DNA of 64,000 nt from Amoebophilaceae bacterium (GCA_031422615.1 JANPMB010000033.1:5561-69560); one strand, 5' to 3'. Counted from the first letter of the stretch, positions 50,691 to 61,553 are shown. Made by a program: numbers and translations. Notes: generated by a model not told the origin, from the sequence alone.

Positions 50691-51903
50691 ATTGTTTAAT
50701 TTTTCTGTATAAGGTTCTTTCTGAGATGCCCAGACTCTTGGCCGCCTCTTTGCGCTTGTTACGGTGTCTCATCAGCGCTTTTACAATGAGGGTTCGCTCT
50801 TTGTCTCCAATAGACAGATTTTCTTCTTCAACTGCTTCCACTTTTTCGTAAGCATGCACTTTGTCTGCTTGGGAGGCTTGGGCTATTACCTGAACCGGTA
50901 CAGTAGCAGGGCTAGAAGTCATGCTTTGAAACAACATAGCATGCTCTTTGATGCGCTGGCTACCTGGTGCGTGGGTGTTGAGCAGCTCAAAGACAAGACT
51001 TTTCAAGTCGCCCACATCCTTCTTCATATCAAAGAGGATCTTGTATAGGATATCCCGCTCCTGCAGGGCATTAGCAGCCGATGCCCCCTGATAAAGAACA
51101 GGCAAGTCAGAGCGTACGGGCGGCAAATATTGGAGCAATGTTTCTTGTGCAATGTGCCGGTCCATCTCTAGGGCAGATAACTGCTCTACCAGGTTCTTAA
51201 GCTGTCGTATATTGCCTGGAAAGCGGTATGCCAACAAGGTTTTTTGGGCCTCTTCAGCAAGCTGGAGTGGCTTTACATGGTACTTGTCGGAAAAGTCTGT
51301 AGCAAACTTGCGGAACAGAAAAAGGATGTCTGTGCCTCTTTCTCTGAGCGGTGGAATGCGGAGAGGCACGGTGGTGAGCCGGTAGTAAAGGTCTTCCCGA
51401 AACTTACCTTGATACACCGCTTCTGACAAATCAACATTGGTAGCGGCCACTACCCTAAGGCTTACTTTTTGTACTTTGGAGGCACCTACTTTGATGAACT
51501 CTCCGTACTCGAGCACGCGCAAGAGGCGAGCTTGGGTGCTCAAAGGAAGTTCTGCTATTTCATCCAAAAAAATGGTGCCTCCATCCGCTTCTTCAAAATA
51601 GCCCTTGCGCTCTTCAGCAGCACCTGTAAAAGCCCCCTTTTTGTGGCCAAATAGCTCAGAATCGATGGTGCCTTCTGGAATAGCCCCACAGTTGATAGCA
51701 ATGAAATGGCCATGTTTGTAAGGGCTTAGGCTATGAATAAGCTTAGAAAATGACTCTTTCCCGCTGCCACTTTCTCCAGTAATCAGCACGGTCATGGCGG
51801 TGGGCGCCACTTGCACAGCAACTGCGACTGCGCGGTTTAGGGCCTGAGCATTGCCAATGATGCCAAACTTCTGTTTGATATGTTGTATTTCTTCTTCTTG
51901 CAT
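50671..51903 (-). CDS. Sigma-54-dependent transcriptional activator without N-terminal sensor domain (PspF-like architecture)
   Basis: Walker A GESGSGKE is at about aa 43. It also carries GAFTGA and a C-terminal Fis-type HTH (AAKSLGISERTLYRKIKQY). Confidence 0.9.
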   Translation of the reverse strand: MQEEEIQHIKQKFGIIGNAQALNRAVAVAVQVAPTAMTVLITGESGSGKESFSKLIHSLSPYKHGHFIAINCGAIPEGTIDSELFGHKKGAFTGAAEERKGYFEEADGGTIFLDEIAELPLSTQARLLRVLEYGEFIKVGASKVQKVSLRVVAATNVDLSEAVYQGKFREDLYYRLTTVPLRIPPLRERGTDILFLFRKFATDFSDKYHVKPLQLAEEAQKTLLAYRFPGNIRQLKNLVEQLSALEMDRHIAQETLLQYLPPVRSDLPVLYQGASAANALQERDILYKILFDMKKDVGDLKSLVFELLNTHAPGSQRIKEHAMLFQSMTSSPATVPVQVIAQASQADKVHAYEKVEAVEEENLSIGDKERTLIVKALMRHRNKRKEAAKSLGISERTLYRKIKQYDLDQA

Positions 51904-51934
51904 ATGTATAAGCTTGGTGGGATAAGGCGCTGCC

Positions 51935-53407
51935 TCAAATGAAGGACACTACCTTGCCCAACAAGGTGGCTGCTGTGCAGTCTTTAACATGTACAACTAC
52001 ATACTGTCCTTTGTGGTAAGTACCCTTAGGAAAAATCACCACTTTGTTGGCGCTGTTTCTTCCTTGCAGATAGGCACCAGAGCGTTTTGAAGGACCCTCT
52101 ACAAGCACTTGGTACTCTTGGCCAATGGCTTTTTGATTCTGTGCTAAGGAGTGCGCACGCTGTTTGGCAATGATTTCAGCAAGCCGGCGCTTTTTCACGA
52201 CAAGGGGCACGTCGTCTTGGTATTTTCGGGCTGCTAGAGTGCCTGGGCGCTCTGAATAATGGAACATATAAGCAAAGTCGTATTGGACCGCCTCCATGAG
52301 CGAGAGGGTTTCTTGGTGCTCTGCTTCTGTTTCTGAGCAAAACCCCGTAATCATGTCGGAAGAAATGCCACATGTGTCCCCTAAGATGTGTCGAATGGCC
52401 GCGATTCTTTGCAGGTACCAACCCCTGTCATAGGTCCGGTTCATGTATTGTAATATACGCGTGCTACCGCTCTGTACGGGCAAGTGAATGCACTTGCAAA
52501 TGTTGTCATAGGCCTTCATCGTATACAGCACATCGTCGGTCATGTCCTTCGGGTGTGAGGTAGAAAAGCGGACCCGCAAGTCTGGGTGTACCTGAGCTAC
52601 CTGGGCCAGCAGCTGGGCAAAGTTAACAATGTTAGTAGCACCGGCTTTTTCAATGGCCACTTTTCCTTTGAGCACCGTATTGGGCGACCATTTATAAGAG
52701 TCTACATTCTGGCCAAGCAGGGTAACCTCTCTATAGCCTTGCCGAAAAAGAGTCTGGGCTTCTTGCACAATGGATTGGGGAGCTCTACTACGCTCCCGGC
52801 CCCGCGTAAAAGGCACCACACAAAAGGTGCACATGTTGTCGCAGCCCCGCATGATAGAAATAAAAGCAGTGACCCCATTGGAGTTGAGCCTGACTGGGCT
52901 AATGTCTGCATAGGTTTCTTCTCTAGAGAGAAAAGTGTTGACTGCTTTATGCCCCTCATCTACCTCTTGCACCAGCTGAGGCAAGTCACGGTAAGCATCA
53001 GGACCCGCTACCAGGTCAACGATTTTTTCTTCTTCCAAGAGTTGATGCTTGAGGCGCTCGGCCATGCAGCCTAGGACACCAATGATAAGTCCAGGTTTGT
53101 TGTTCTTGATCTGGTTGAACTGGGCCAAGCGTTTTCTAATGGTTTGCTCTGCCTTGTCTCGGATGGCACAAGTGTTGAGGAAGATGACATCAGCCTGGTC
53201 ATGGCTTGCAGTCAAGTCAAACCCTTGCTTTTGCATGATAGCAGCGACGACCTCGCTATCAGCAAAGTTCATTTGGCAACCATAACTTTCTAAGTAGAGC
53301 TTCCGTTGATTGCCCGTAATTTTCTCTTGGGTGACTTTGACTGTATCGCAGACAGCACTTCCAGGGGCTGCTGCGTTACGCAAGCGTGCTTCGCTGTTCA
53401 TAGACAT
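51935..53407 (-). CDS. miaB: tRNA-2-methylthio-N6-dimethylallyladenosine synthase MiaB
   Basis: It carries the radical-SAM CDNMCTFC, an N-terminal UPF0004 Cys triad and a TRAM C-terminus. Confidence 0.95.
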   Translation of the reverse strand: MSMNSEARLRNAAAPGSAVCDTVKVTQEKITGNQRKLYLESYGCQMNFADSEVVAAIMQKQGFDLTASHDQADVIFLNTCAIRDKAEQTIRKRLAQFNQIKNNKPGLIIGVLGCMAERLKHQLLEEEKIVDLVAGPDAYRDLPQLVQEVDEGHKAVNTFLSREETYADISPVRLNSNGVTAFISIMRGCDNMCTFCVVPFTRGRERSRAPQSIVQEAQTLFRQGYREVTLLGQNVDSYKWSPNTVLKGKVAIEKAGATNIVNFAQLLAQVAQVHPDLRVRFSTSHPKDMTDDVLYTMKAYDNICKCIHLPVQSGSTRILQYMNRTYDRGWYLQRIAAIRHILGDTCGISSDMITGFCSETEAEHQETLSLMEAVQYDFAYMFHYSERPGTLAARKYQDDVPLVVKKRRLAEIIAKQRAHSLAQNQKAIGQEYQVLVEGPSKRSGAYLQGRNSANKVVIFPKGTYHKGQYVVVHVKDCTAATLLGKVVSFI

Positions 53408-53547
53408 TTTTTGGACGGATGGCTATCAGGCATCACTGGTCTTTTGAGGCTTAAAAGTAAAAAATAAATAGCATTGGCGGCGGGCACCTAGGTATTTATA
53501 CTTGCTTAGCAATTGCTCCTTACTACACAGGTCTTGATGAGTAAGGT

Positions 53548-54480
53548 TTAGGCTTTGAGCTTTTTGCTACGAGCCAGCCTTGCTAAGCCCACAACCAGCA
53601 GCATGCCTAGGCCCATCCAGAGCAAGGCTTGAGGCACCAAAGGGTCTTGGTGGTAGGCTGCTTGAAACTGTAGCGGGGAAAGGTTCTGGGCACTTGTCAG
53701 ACTACTATCGCCCAAGGCCAAGGGGTCCCAAAACTGCTTCCAGGGCCAAACTTGATGGAGGGAGCCCAGCATCAACCCGGCCAAAAGCGCCAGGGTATTG
53801 TCGTGGTGTTGGCGCAAGAGCCAGACAATCAGCCTTGAAGAAACAAGCAAGCCTACTACCCCACCCAGAGAAAAAGGAACCAGAATACCCAGCTTGAGAT
53901 TTTTGAGTGCATTGAGCATGAATGCATACTTGCCGAGCAACAAGAGCATAAAGCTTCCTGAAATGCCTGGAAGCAGCATTGCACAGACTGCAATGGCCCC
54001 AGCCAAGCCAATGAACCAGCTTGTGTTGGGTGTATGCAGAGGCGCCGTCTGAGTAAGGCTATAGGCAAGAAAAAGCCCCCCCAGGCTAACGAGCAGGGTA
54101 TACAAGTGCCATTGCTTGACCTGTTGGTAGACGGTGCATGTAGCAACCAGGAGTAGTCCTCCAACAAACGACCAGGTTTGAATCGGATAATCTGCCAGCA
54201 GATACGTCACGAGCCATGCGGTAGTAGCCAGACTTAGGCCGATGCCCCCCACCAGGGGTAGCAAAAAACTACCGTGCAAGTGCTGCCAAAGAGCTTCCAA
54301 TTGCCCCCTTTTTAGTAATCGGAACGCAGTGGTATCAAAAGCCTGAAGGGCCTCGAGCAATTCTTCATAAATGCCAGTAATCAAGGCAATAGTACCACCT
54401 GAAACTCCTGGAATGATGTCTGCGCTACCAATACCAACGCCTTTGAGGAATAACGACAAGTAACGCTGGATAGGCTTCAT
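53548..54480 (-). CDS. DUF368-family membrane protein
   Basis: It carries ADIIPGVSGGT twice-repeated architecture, with a second copy LPGISGS. The length is 310 aa. Confidence 0.8.
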   Translation of the reverse strand: MKPIQRYLSLFLKGVGIGSADIIPGVSGGTIALITGIYEELLEALQAFDTTAFRLLKRGQLEALWQHLHGSFLLPLVGGIGLSLATTAWLVTYLLADYPIQTWSFVGGLLLVATCTVYQQVKQWHLYTLLVSLGGLFLAYSLTQTAPLHTPNTSWFIGLAGAIAVCAMLLPGISGSFMLLLLGKYAFMLNALKNLKLGILVPFSLGGVVGLLVSSRLIVWLLRQHHDNTLALLAGLMLGSLHQVWPWKQFWDPLALGDSSLTSAQNLSPLQFQAAYHQDPLVPQALLWMGLGMLLVVGLARLARSKKLKA

Positions 54481-54638
54481 GGCAATGCATCAAGGATATT
54501 TTGTATTCACACCGCAAAGGTAACAGAAAACAGCCGCGATAGCCAGACAGGCCTGGGTAGACATTGGCGTGTGAAGTGTCCTTGAAAGAGATGGGGGCAG
54601 CACCGTTGATGAGGACAGGCTACCTTCTTATGATGCGT

Positions 54639-54650
54639 GGGGGGGGGGGG
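54639..54650 (+). repeat. G12 homopolymer in a divergent intergenic region
   Basis: Counted directly. It lies 158 nt from the DUF368 start and 177 nt from the 54828 start. Confidence 0.95.
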
Positions 54651-54827
54651 TAGGTAAGTGTCTGGGTACTGGGTCTAGTGCAAATGTGAAAAAATGTACT
54701 GATGGCAGGAAATAAAGCCGTCAATGGGCCCTGACAAGATTTATTGGGCCTAGGTACTTACTAGGCCAACATTTGGATGGTAAAATTTAATCTATTTAAT
54801 TAGGGGCCTTGCATTTTCAGTGCATTT

Positions 54828-55613
54828 ATGGCAAACCTAGCATCGTTTGAGACTGCACTAGCAGAAGGTATTCTTACCATTACACTCAATAGTCCTGAAG
54901 GGAAAAACTCTCTGAGCACTGCGTGTATTGATTCGCTGCGAGAGATCATGCAAGAAGTTTACGACAACAGTGAGATCAAAAGTGTGGTAATCACAGGTGC
55001 GGGAGAGGATATTTTTGCAACAGGCACTTCTCCCAAGGAAATACAAGCGTTGAATGAGCTGAATGGAAGAAAATTTGCTGAGCACGGCCAAGAAACTTTC
55101 GCATTGATCGAGAATTGCCACAAGCCCATCTTAGCAGCCATCAATGGCGCTGCACGCAGCGGGGGGGTTTCGTTGGCATTGGCCTGCCACCTGCGCATCG
55201 CCTCTGAAAATGCGACCTTTAGTTTTCCCGAAGTAGCTATGGGCATCATCCCTGGCTTTGGAGGCACCCAACGTTTGACCCACTTGATAGGCAAAACCAA
55301 GGCCCTGGAGCTCATGATGACGGGAGAACAACTGACCGCCGTAGAAGCCAAGGACTTAGGTGTCATTAGTCACGTAGCCAGTCACAAAGAAGCCCTCTTG
55401 CAGAAGAGCAGGGAGCTTTTACATAAAATTATGGCCCATGCGCCTTTGGCAGTAGGCATGTTGGTCAATTGTACCAATGCTGCTTACAACCCCGATGAAG
55501 ACGGCTATCAAACAGAAGCCAACAGTTTTGCGCATTGCTGCAAAACAGAGGACTTGAAAGAAGGCATTTCCGCTTTGCTAGAGAAAAGAACCCCTGTGTT
55601 CAAGGGAGTTTGA
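54828..55613 (+). CDS. Enoyl-CoA hydratase/isomerase (crotonase) family protein
   Basis: A 261-aa ORF carrying ITGAGEDIFATG...AAINGAARSGG...FPEVAMGIIPGFGGTQRL. Confidence 0.85.
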   Translation: MANLASFETALAEGILTITLNSPEGKNSLSTACIDSLREIMQEVYDNSEIKSVVITGAGEDIFATGTSPKEIQALNELNGRKFAEHGQETFALIENCHKPILAAINGAARSGGVSLALACHLRIASENATFSFPEVAMGIIPGFGGTQRLTHLIGKTKALELMMTGEQLTAVEAKDLGVISHVASHKEALLQKSRELLHKIMAHAPLAVGMLVNCTNAAYNPDEDGYQTEANSFAHCCKTEDLKEGISALLEKRTPVFKGV

Positions 55614-55640
55614 TTTTAATTTTTTAATCAAATAATCCAA

Positions 55641-56168
55641 ATGTACAAAACACAAAAAATACTAATCAGTTTATTATTGCTGGCAGGTTTTGCTAGCAGT
55701 TGTTCTAAGCCAGCAAAAAGCCACAGAGATGAATTAGTAGCCCAAAAAGAGTGCCTGATTAATGAAATAAGTGATCAGATAGCAGAGATTCTGGATAAGA
55801 AAAATAAAGCAAGTGGTACGGAAAATCCTTCCAGCCGAGACCAATGGGCTAAGGTGCTTAAGTTCTCACTTTCAAGTCTGTGCGGTGCCTTAGAAAGGAA
55901 AGAAGCAACGGATACAGAGATGAGAAATTTCTTAGTAACCCTCAGCAAAAAAGGAACGGTACAAGTAGATGAAAAAATAAAAGAAGAGGCAAAGAATGCC
56001 ATCTATACTATCCTATCATTTTTTACCAATGGTACAGCTGAAACGAGTGGTCTGAAAGAATTGATGAAGAAGGGAGCACCCAACTTGGAAGAAGCACATA
56101 TTGATCTACTCTGTGACAGAATGCAAGACCTTGGGAAAGTAATCAAGCAAATACGCGAGCTTGATTAA
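55641..56168 (+). CDS. Hypothetical helical lipoprotein
   Basis: It has a signal peptide with lipobox LLLAGFASSC. The length is 175 aa. I recognise no family. Confidence 0.55.
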   Translation: MYKTQKILISLLLLAGFASSCSKPAKSHRDELVAQKECLINEISDQIAEILDKKNKASGTENPSSRDQWAKVLKFSLSSLCGALERKEATDTEMRNFLVTLSKKGTVQVDEKIKEEAKNAIYTILSFFTNGTAETSGLKELMKKGAPNLEEAHIDLLCDRMQDLGKVIKQIRELD

Positions 56169-56225
56169 GACGTAAGCATGCTTTGGCGCAAGGAAACGCC
56201 ATACTGGAAAAAACCTCATCTATAT

Positions 56226-56260
56226 GCCCAGACACGTACAGCGTGCCTGGGCTATTTTTT
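56226..56260 (+). terminator. Rho-independent terminator candidate
   Basis: GCCCAGACACG-TACAG-CGTGCCTGGGC (one mismatch) is followed by TATTTTTT. Confidence 0.5.
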
Positions 56261-56343
56261 GTCTAACCAAGCATCTCGTGCCATCTTGCGGGAGAAGACG
56301 GTATGTGGTGCATATTGGCCACATAATTCCCCCCAATTAGCCC

Positions 56344-57828
56344 ATGCACCCTCTTAGGCAGCTTACCAGCGACACACTACTTTACGGATTGAGCAGTGTG
56401 GTGGGCAGAATACTTAACTACCTACTCGTGCCTTTTTACACGAGTATTTTCTTGCCTGCTGACTATGGCCTTCTCACAGAGTGGTACGCCTATGCTGCCC
56501 TACTCCAGATCTTGTACACGTATGGGATGGAGACCGCTTACTTCCGCTTTGCTAAGCAAGAGCCGGCATCTTTTGACCTGGCGGTCAGTGCACTACTCAT
56601 TTCTAGCTTAGTTTTCTCTGGGCTGCTCATACTTTTTGCTACCCCCATCACGGTGGGTATCGCCCATCCAGGCTGTGAGCGTTACGTGTATTATTTTGCG
56701 GCTATCCTGGCTATTGATGCTGTTTTGGCCATCCCCTTTGCCCAACTACGGTTGCAAAATCGAGCACTCTTTTTTGCCAGTACCAAGCTGTTGCAAATAG
56801 GACTGAATATTGCGCTTAACTTGATTCTGCTTGATAGATGTGCCAATATCTATGCAGGCACTTGTTCGGCAGGTCTTCGACCCTACGTAGTCTGCTGGTA
56901 CGATCCTGCGAGGAGCGTAGATTATGTATTTATCGCCAACCTAATGGCCAATGCTGTGGCCTTGCCTTTGCTCAGCAAGTCGCTGCGTCCAATCAAATTT
57001 CGATTACCTTGGCAGCCACTACGGCCTATGCTGGTGTATGCATGGCCACTGCTACTCATGGGTTTGGCAGGTACTGTCAATGAAATGTTGAGCCGGGCGA
57101 TGCTTCGCCACTGGCTCCCACTAGGCTTTTATCCAGGCCAAAGTAACGAGGCTATCTTAGGCATCTTTGGGGCTTGTTACAAGCTGGCTGTCTTTATGCT
57201 TCTAGGCATCCAGGCGTTTCGCTATGCAGCAGAGCCTTTTTTCTTTGCCCATGCTCAGGCGCACAACGCCCCCGCTATTTTCAGTGCTGTGATGCATTGG
57301 TTTGTCCTAGGAGCATGCTTCATCTTGTTTGCAGTCAGTGCTAACCTGGACCTGCTAGGGCATCTGTTGCTCAGAAAAGCAGAGTACCGGGCGGCTCTGG
57401 AGGTGGTGCCTTACTTGTTGCTCGGTTACTTATTCTTGGGCATGTATTACAACTTTTCAGTGTGGTTCAAGCTGACCAACAAAACGCATTACGGGACTTG
57501 GCTGGCCAGTATAGGAGCATTGGTCACCATCGTGCTCAACGTCGTGCTGATACCTATGGTGGGCTACTGGGGCAGTGTGTGGGCAACTGTAGTCAGCTAT
57601 GCCACCATGAGCTTTTTGTGCTACTATTGGGGACAAAAACACTACCCTATCCCCTACCAGCTAGGCCGTAAGCTGGCTTATGTCATAGGCACCATGGGCA
57701 GTGTGTACTTAGTCAGGAGCATTACCTACACAAGCTGGGCCAGTACTGTGGTAAGCAATCTGGTGCTGACCTTGCTCTTTGGGGCACTGCTGTACAAGCT
57801 AGGGTGCAGTAGGGGCACAAAGCAGTGA
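56344..57828 (+). CDS. Polysaccharide/oligosaccharide flippase (MOP/Wzx-MurJ superfamily)
   Basis: A 494-aa ORF with about 12-14 TM segments and N-terminal LYGLSSVVGRILNYLLVPFYT. Confidence 0.75.
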   Translation: MHPLRQLTSDTLLYGLSSVVGRILNYLLVPFYTSIFLPADYGLLTEWYAYAALLQILYTYGMETAYFRFAKQEPASFDLAVSALLISSLVFSGLLILFATPITVGIAHPGCERYVYYFAAILAIDAVLAIPFAQLRLQNRALFFASTKLLQIGLNIALNLILLDRCANIYAGTCSAGLRPYVVCWYDPARSVDYVFIANLMANAVALPLLSKSLRPIKFRLPWQPLRPMLVYAWPLLLMGLAGTVNEMLSRAMLRHWLPLGFYPGQSNEAILGIFGACYKLAVFMLLGIQAFRYAAEPFFFAHAQAHNAPAIFSAVMHWFVLGACFILFAVSANLDLLGHLLLRKAEYRAALEVVPYLLLGYLFLGMYYNFSVWFKLTNKTHYGTWLASIGALVTIVLNVVLIPMVGYWGSVWATVVSYATMSFLCYYWGQKHYPIPYQLGRKLAYVIGTMGSVYLVRSITYTSWASTVVSNLVLTLLFGALLYKLGCSRGTKQ

Positions 57829-57916
57829 TGCATGACCAGTGGCGCTGGGCTTAGCATGACAACTTGGGATGCTTTTGAATCGTCTGTTTTGTAGGTTTGT
57901 CGTAAAGACTAAGTCT

Positions 57917-58351
57917 ATGCACATTAAAATCATGAACCTTTCTAAACATGCCTTACCAGCTTATGCTACGGCTGGTGCGAGTGGCATGGACTTGCGGGCC
58001 AACCTTGATGCAAGTATTACACTGCACCCTTTGCAAAGGGTGCTGGTGGGAACAGGCTTGTGCATGGCACTACCCAAGGGTTATGAAGCCCAAGTAAGGC
58101 CCAGGAGTGGATTGGCCTTCAAACATGGGCTCACGATACTGAACAGCCCGGGAACTATTGATGCTGACTATCGGGGAGAAATCAAGGTGATACTTATTAA
58201 TCTTTCTGAAAAATCTTTTGTCATTGAAGACGGCGAGCGGATAGCTCAGCTCGTAATAGCAGCCCACTCCCGAGTTATGTGGACACCTGTTGCCGCACTA
58301 GACGATACGCCTAGAGGTCAGGGCGGCTTTGGAAGTACAGGGATACAATGA
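57917..58351 (+). CDS. dut: dUTP diphosphatase
   Basis: It carries [20 protein letters not shown] and C-terminal [10 protein letters not shown]. The start is taken at MHIKI. Confidence 0.95.
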   Translation: MHIKIMNLSKHALPAYATAGASGMDLRANLDASITLHPLQRVLVGTGLCMALPKGYEAQVRPRSGLAFKHGLTILNSPGTIDADYRGEIKVILINLSEKSFVIEDGERIAQLVIAAHSRVMWTPVAALDDTPRGQGGFGSTGIQ

Positions 58352-58409
58352 TTCCAGCAGAAGAAGCAACAGGACAATAATACGCACACCATCATCTAGT
58401 ATACCTACC

Positions 58410-59423
58410 ATGCATCTTATTGTTCCCATGGCCGGCAAGGGCAAACGCATGCGCCCACACACACTGACTACCCCTAAGCCCTTGATTCCGATTGCAGGAA
58501 AACCCATCGTAGTACGACTGATAGAGGAAGTACGTGCTGCCTGTGCCACACCTATTAGTACCATTGGTTTTGTGGTTAGCGAATTGGAAGCAAACACCCA
58601 GGTACAGCTCACCCAATTGGCACAAGGTATGGGAGCACAAGCCAGATTTTATGAGCAACGCGAAGCGCAGGGTACTGCCCATGCGGTGCTTTGTGCTGCA
58701 GCGCTTTTGCAGGGCCCGGTCATTGTAGCATTTGCCGATACGCTTTTTAAGTGTGGCTTTACCTTGGATGTGGATCAAGAGAGTGTGGTATGGGTCAAAA
58801 AAGTGCAAGACCCTAGCGCTTTTGGTGTAGTCACATTAGATGCTCAAAACATGGTGATAGACTTTGTAGAAAAGCCCACAAGCTTTGTCTCCGACCTGGC
58901 CATCATCGGCATTTATTACTTTAGAGAAGGCGCACAACTTGGCCAAGCCCTTCAGCGACTGGTAGATCAGGGAATACGTAGGGACGGTGAGTACCAACTG
59001 ACTGCCGCACTGGAAGCCATGAACCAAACCGGCGTGCGGTTTTCCACCCAGGCAGTAGAAGAATGGCTAGACTGTGGCAACAAGACAGCAACGCTTTATG
59101 CCAACGAACGTTTTTTGACGTTTCTTCAAGGAGATAAGGCCTTGATAGCCGCTACAGCACAGCTACACAACAGTGTGCTCATCCCTCCCGTTTACCTGGG
59201 CGAGCAAGTCGTTGTGAAAAATACGGTGCTGGGCCCTTATGTTTCTGTGGGGGGCCATTCTTATATTAACGACGCACGGATACAAAACAGCGTTATACAA
59301 ACGCACAGCATTGTTGAAAACGTAACACTGAAAAACTCTATGCTGGGCAACCACGTCTACCTCACAGGAAAAAGTGCAGAGGTGAGTATAGGAGATTACA
59401 CCACCATCATGCGTGATGAATAA
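58410..59423 (+). CDS. Sugar-phosphate nucleotidyltransferase with C-terminal left-handed beta-helix
   Basis: It carries MHLIVPMAGKGKRMRP (G-x-G-x-R) and hexapeptide-like repeats near the C-terminus. The start is taken at 58410. Confidence 0.8.
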   Translation: MHLIVPMAGKGKRMRPHTLTTPKPLIPIAGKPIVVRLIEEVRAACATPISTIGFVVSELEANTQVQLTQLAQGMGAQARFYEQREAQGTAHAVLCAAALLQGPVIVAFADTLFKCGFTLDVDQESVVWVKKVQDPSAFGVVTLDAQNMVIDFVEKPTSFVSDLAIIGIYYFREGAQLGQALQRLVDQGIRRDGEYQLTAALEAMNQTGVRFSTQAVEEWLDCGNKTATLYANERFLTFLQGDKALIAATAQLHNSVLIPPVYLGEQVVVKNTVLGPYVSVGGHSYINDARIQNSVIQTHSIVENVTLKNSMLGNHVYLTGKSAEVSIGDYTTIMRDE

Positions 59424-59587
59424 GGCCGTGTGGGTGCCTAACGATTTGGAGGAGGGGAGGAAACTTCCCAATACGGTGTACAAAGATAGGTTGGGTGGCA
59501 GCTTTCTACTTGGCTGTTGCGGGACTCCAGTACCAAAAAAACCCAGTAACAAGCCCTGACCCGGCAACACACGCAAGGATAAGCAAG

Positions 59588-60355
59588 ATGAATAAGTGGT
59601 GCTTACGACATGGTTTTTGGCTGCTCGTGTGGGCCTCGTGCTTACAGGCTTGCCGCCCTGTGCCACAAAAGGGCCCTAGCGAGGATGAGTGCCGAGTACA
59701 ATCTTTGGCTTTTGAGTACCTAAAAATGAGCACTACTATAAGCTATCAGGATCATGCACGCCGCTACAGCAGTGCCTATGTAACGTTTCGAATCAAGAAA
59801 GATCACCTTATTTGGTTTTCTATATTGGCGCCTTGGGGCATAGAAGTCCTTCGGGGCCTCATTACGCCCGCAGGAATTACCCTACTCAACCACATACAGA
59901 AAGCATATTATGTATATGACTACGCAACCTTGCGTGCCCTTTGGCCTGTCCCTTGGAATTATGCATTGCTGCAAGCCTTGTTGCTAGGAGAGCTGGCAAA
60001 TGCCTCTACCCCACAAAAGTTCATGCAGAAAAATGCTCGGCCAGTAGTGATACAACAAAAAGAAGCGTGGACTCTGACACACTTCATCCATCCAACCCTT
60101 AAGAAGGTAGAAAAACTGGTCGCTGCAACTGGGCAGGGTACTTGTGTAGCTACCTATAGCCAGTTTAAGCCTTATCAAGGGGGTCTCTTGTCCAGGCGCG
60201 CGATACTGACCTGGTACTGCTGTACTGCTCCCACACAGCCAGCCATGACCCTGATCCTAAAAGGCATAAAGCCACAATGGCCTAAAAAAGTTTTGTGCTT
60301 TCCTTTTTCCATTCCAGCATACTATGAAAAAAAACAAGTCATACTGGATTGGTAG
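59588..60355 (+). CDS. DUF4292-like (LolB-fold) lipoprotein
   Basis: It has a signal peptide with lipobox MNKWCLRHGFWLLVWASCLQAC. It sits just upstream of the M23 peptidase, as I recall for other Bacteroidota. Confidence 0.6.
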   Translation: MNKWCLRHGFWLLVWASCLQACRPVPQKGPSEDECRVQSLAFEYLKMSTTISYQDHARRYSSAYVTFRIKKDHLIWFSILAPWGIEVLRGLITPAGITLLNHIQKAYYVYDYATLRALWPVPWNYALLQALLLGELANASTPQKFMQKNARPVVIQQKEAWTLTHFIHPTLKKVEKLVAATGQGTCVATYSQFKPYQGGLLSRRAILTWYCCTAPTQPAMTLILKGIKPQWPKKVLCFPFSIPAYYEKKQVILDW

Positions 60356-61553
60356 TGCGTTGGTGCTGAGCTGGATAACCGCCGCCGTCCCACCTAGCAG
60401 AACCCAGTTTGAGGCCGAGCGAGCAGTACTACTGCAGCGCATCAAAACCATCCAACAGGTCTTACTGCAAACAGAAACAAAAAAAAAGGAAGGCATGGGC
60501 CAGCTCAATGCTTTGAATACACAGATTGAATCCAACGCCCTGCTGATTCAGTCGATCAACCAAGCGATAGAGGCTATCAACCAAGAGATTCGACAAAAAC
60601 AAAGGGCAACGGAAATCCTAACACAAGACCTGGCACAACTTCAAAAAGAGTACGCAGCCATGGTCTATGTAGGCGCCAAAACCCTGCACGATATCCATCC
60701 GTTGATGTTTATTTTTTCTGCCCCCTCCTTTCACAACTTGGTACAAAGGCTGCGGTATGTCAAACAGTACGCCTGCATCAGAAAAAAACATTTTTTAGAG
60801 ATCAAAAAAACCAAAGCTTCGCTCCAAGTACAACAAGTCGCTGCCACACAACGCAGGCAAGCCAAGAACAAACTGTTACACAACAGGCAAGCAGAGAGAA
60901 GCAAGCTAATCAGCCTCAAAACACAGCAGGCTCAACTGATGGGGAAGCTAGCACAGCAGCACACACAGCTCACCAAAGAACTGCAGCAACGCAACAAGGC
61001 TGTACAGGGCTTGGACAAGCTAATTACTAACATTATCCAGCAAGCACTACGCGCCCAAGCAGCACTAACTCCAAACATGCCGCCCGCTACACAAGAACCG
61101 CCTGATCCTACATCCAAAACAGGAGGTACTAAACAACTAACCGCGCTCTTTCTCAAAAACCGGGGCAAGCTACCGTGGCCAGTAAAGACAGGATTTATCA
61201 GCAGAAAGTTTGGCATCAGCCCACACCCTGTACTTCACAACGTACAAGTAGAAAATCTGGGCATCGACATTCAGACCCAAAAAGAAACACAAGCTTGTGC
61301 TATTTTTGAGGGGGTAGTAAAAGCCATTGCTTTTGTGCCCGGCATGAACCGAGTTGTGATCATCCAACATGGCACTTACCACAGCGTGTATGCAAAACTT
61401 AAGCACACGACCATCAAGGTCGGACAATATGTACAGGCATACACCCCCATTGGCACAGTTTATACAGACGCCCAAGGCACTACTGAGCTGCAGCTACAAC
61501 TCTGGCAAGACACCCAAAAACTGAACCCTACTGGGTGGCTTAGCAAGAAATAA
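60324..61553 (+). CDS. Murein hydrolase activator/peptidase M23 family protein (EnvC-like coiled coil + LytM domain)
   Basis: It has a long Q-rich coiled coil and then a LytM-type C-terminus (GIDIQT...VIIQHGTYHSVYAKL). Confidence 0.85.
   Translation: MKKNKSYWIGSALVLSWITAAVPPSRTQFEAERAVLLQRIKTIQQVLLQTETKKKEGMGQLNALNTQIESNALLIQSINQAIEAINQEIRQKQRATEILTQDLAQLQKEYAAMVYVGAKTLHDIHPLMFIFSAPSFHNLVQRLRYVKQYACIRKKHFLEIKKTKASLQVQQVAATQRRQAKNKLLHNRQAERSKLISLKTQQAQLMGKLAQQHTQLTKELQQRNKAVQGLDKLITNIIQQALRAQAALTPNMPPATQEPPDPTSKTGGTKQLTALFLKNRGKLPWPVKTGFISRKFGISPHPVLHNVQVENLGIDIQTQKETQACAIFEGVVKAIAFVPGMNRVVIIQHGTYHSVYAKLKHTTIKVGQYVQAYTPIGTVYTDAQGTTELQLQLWQDTQKLNPTGWLSKK

Noticed and set aside
59163-59666. 167-aa minus-strand ORF spanning the nucleotidyltransferase/DUF4292 junction
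   Set aside because: It is antisense to two syntenic plus-strand genes and shows Pro/Gly/Ser-rich shadow composition.
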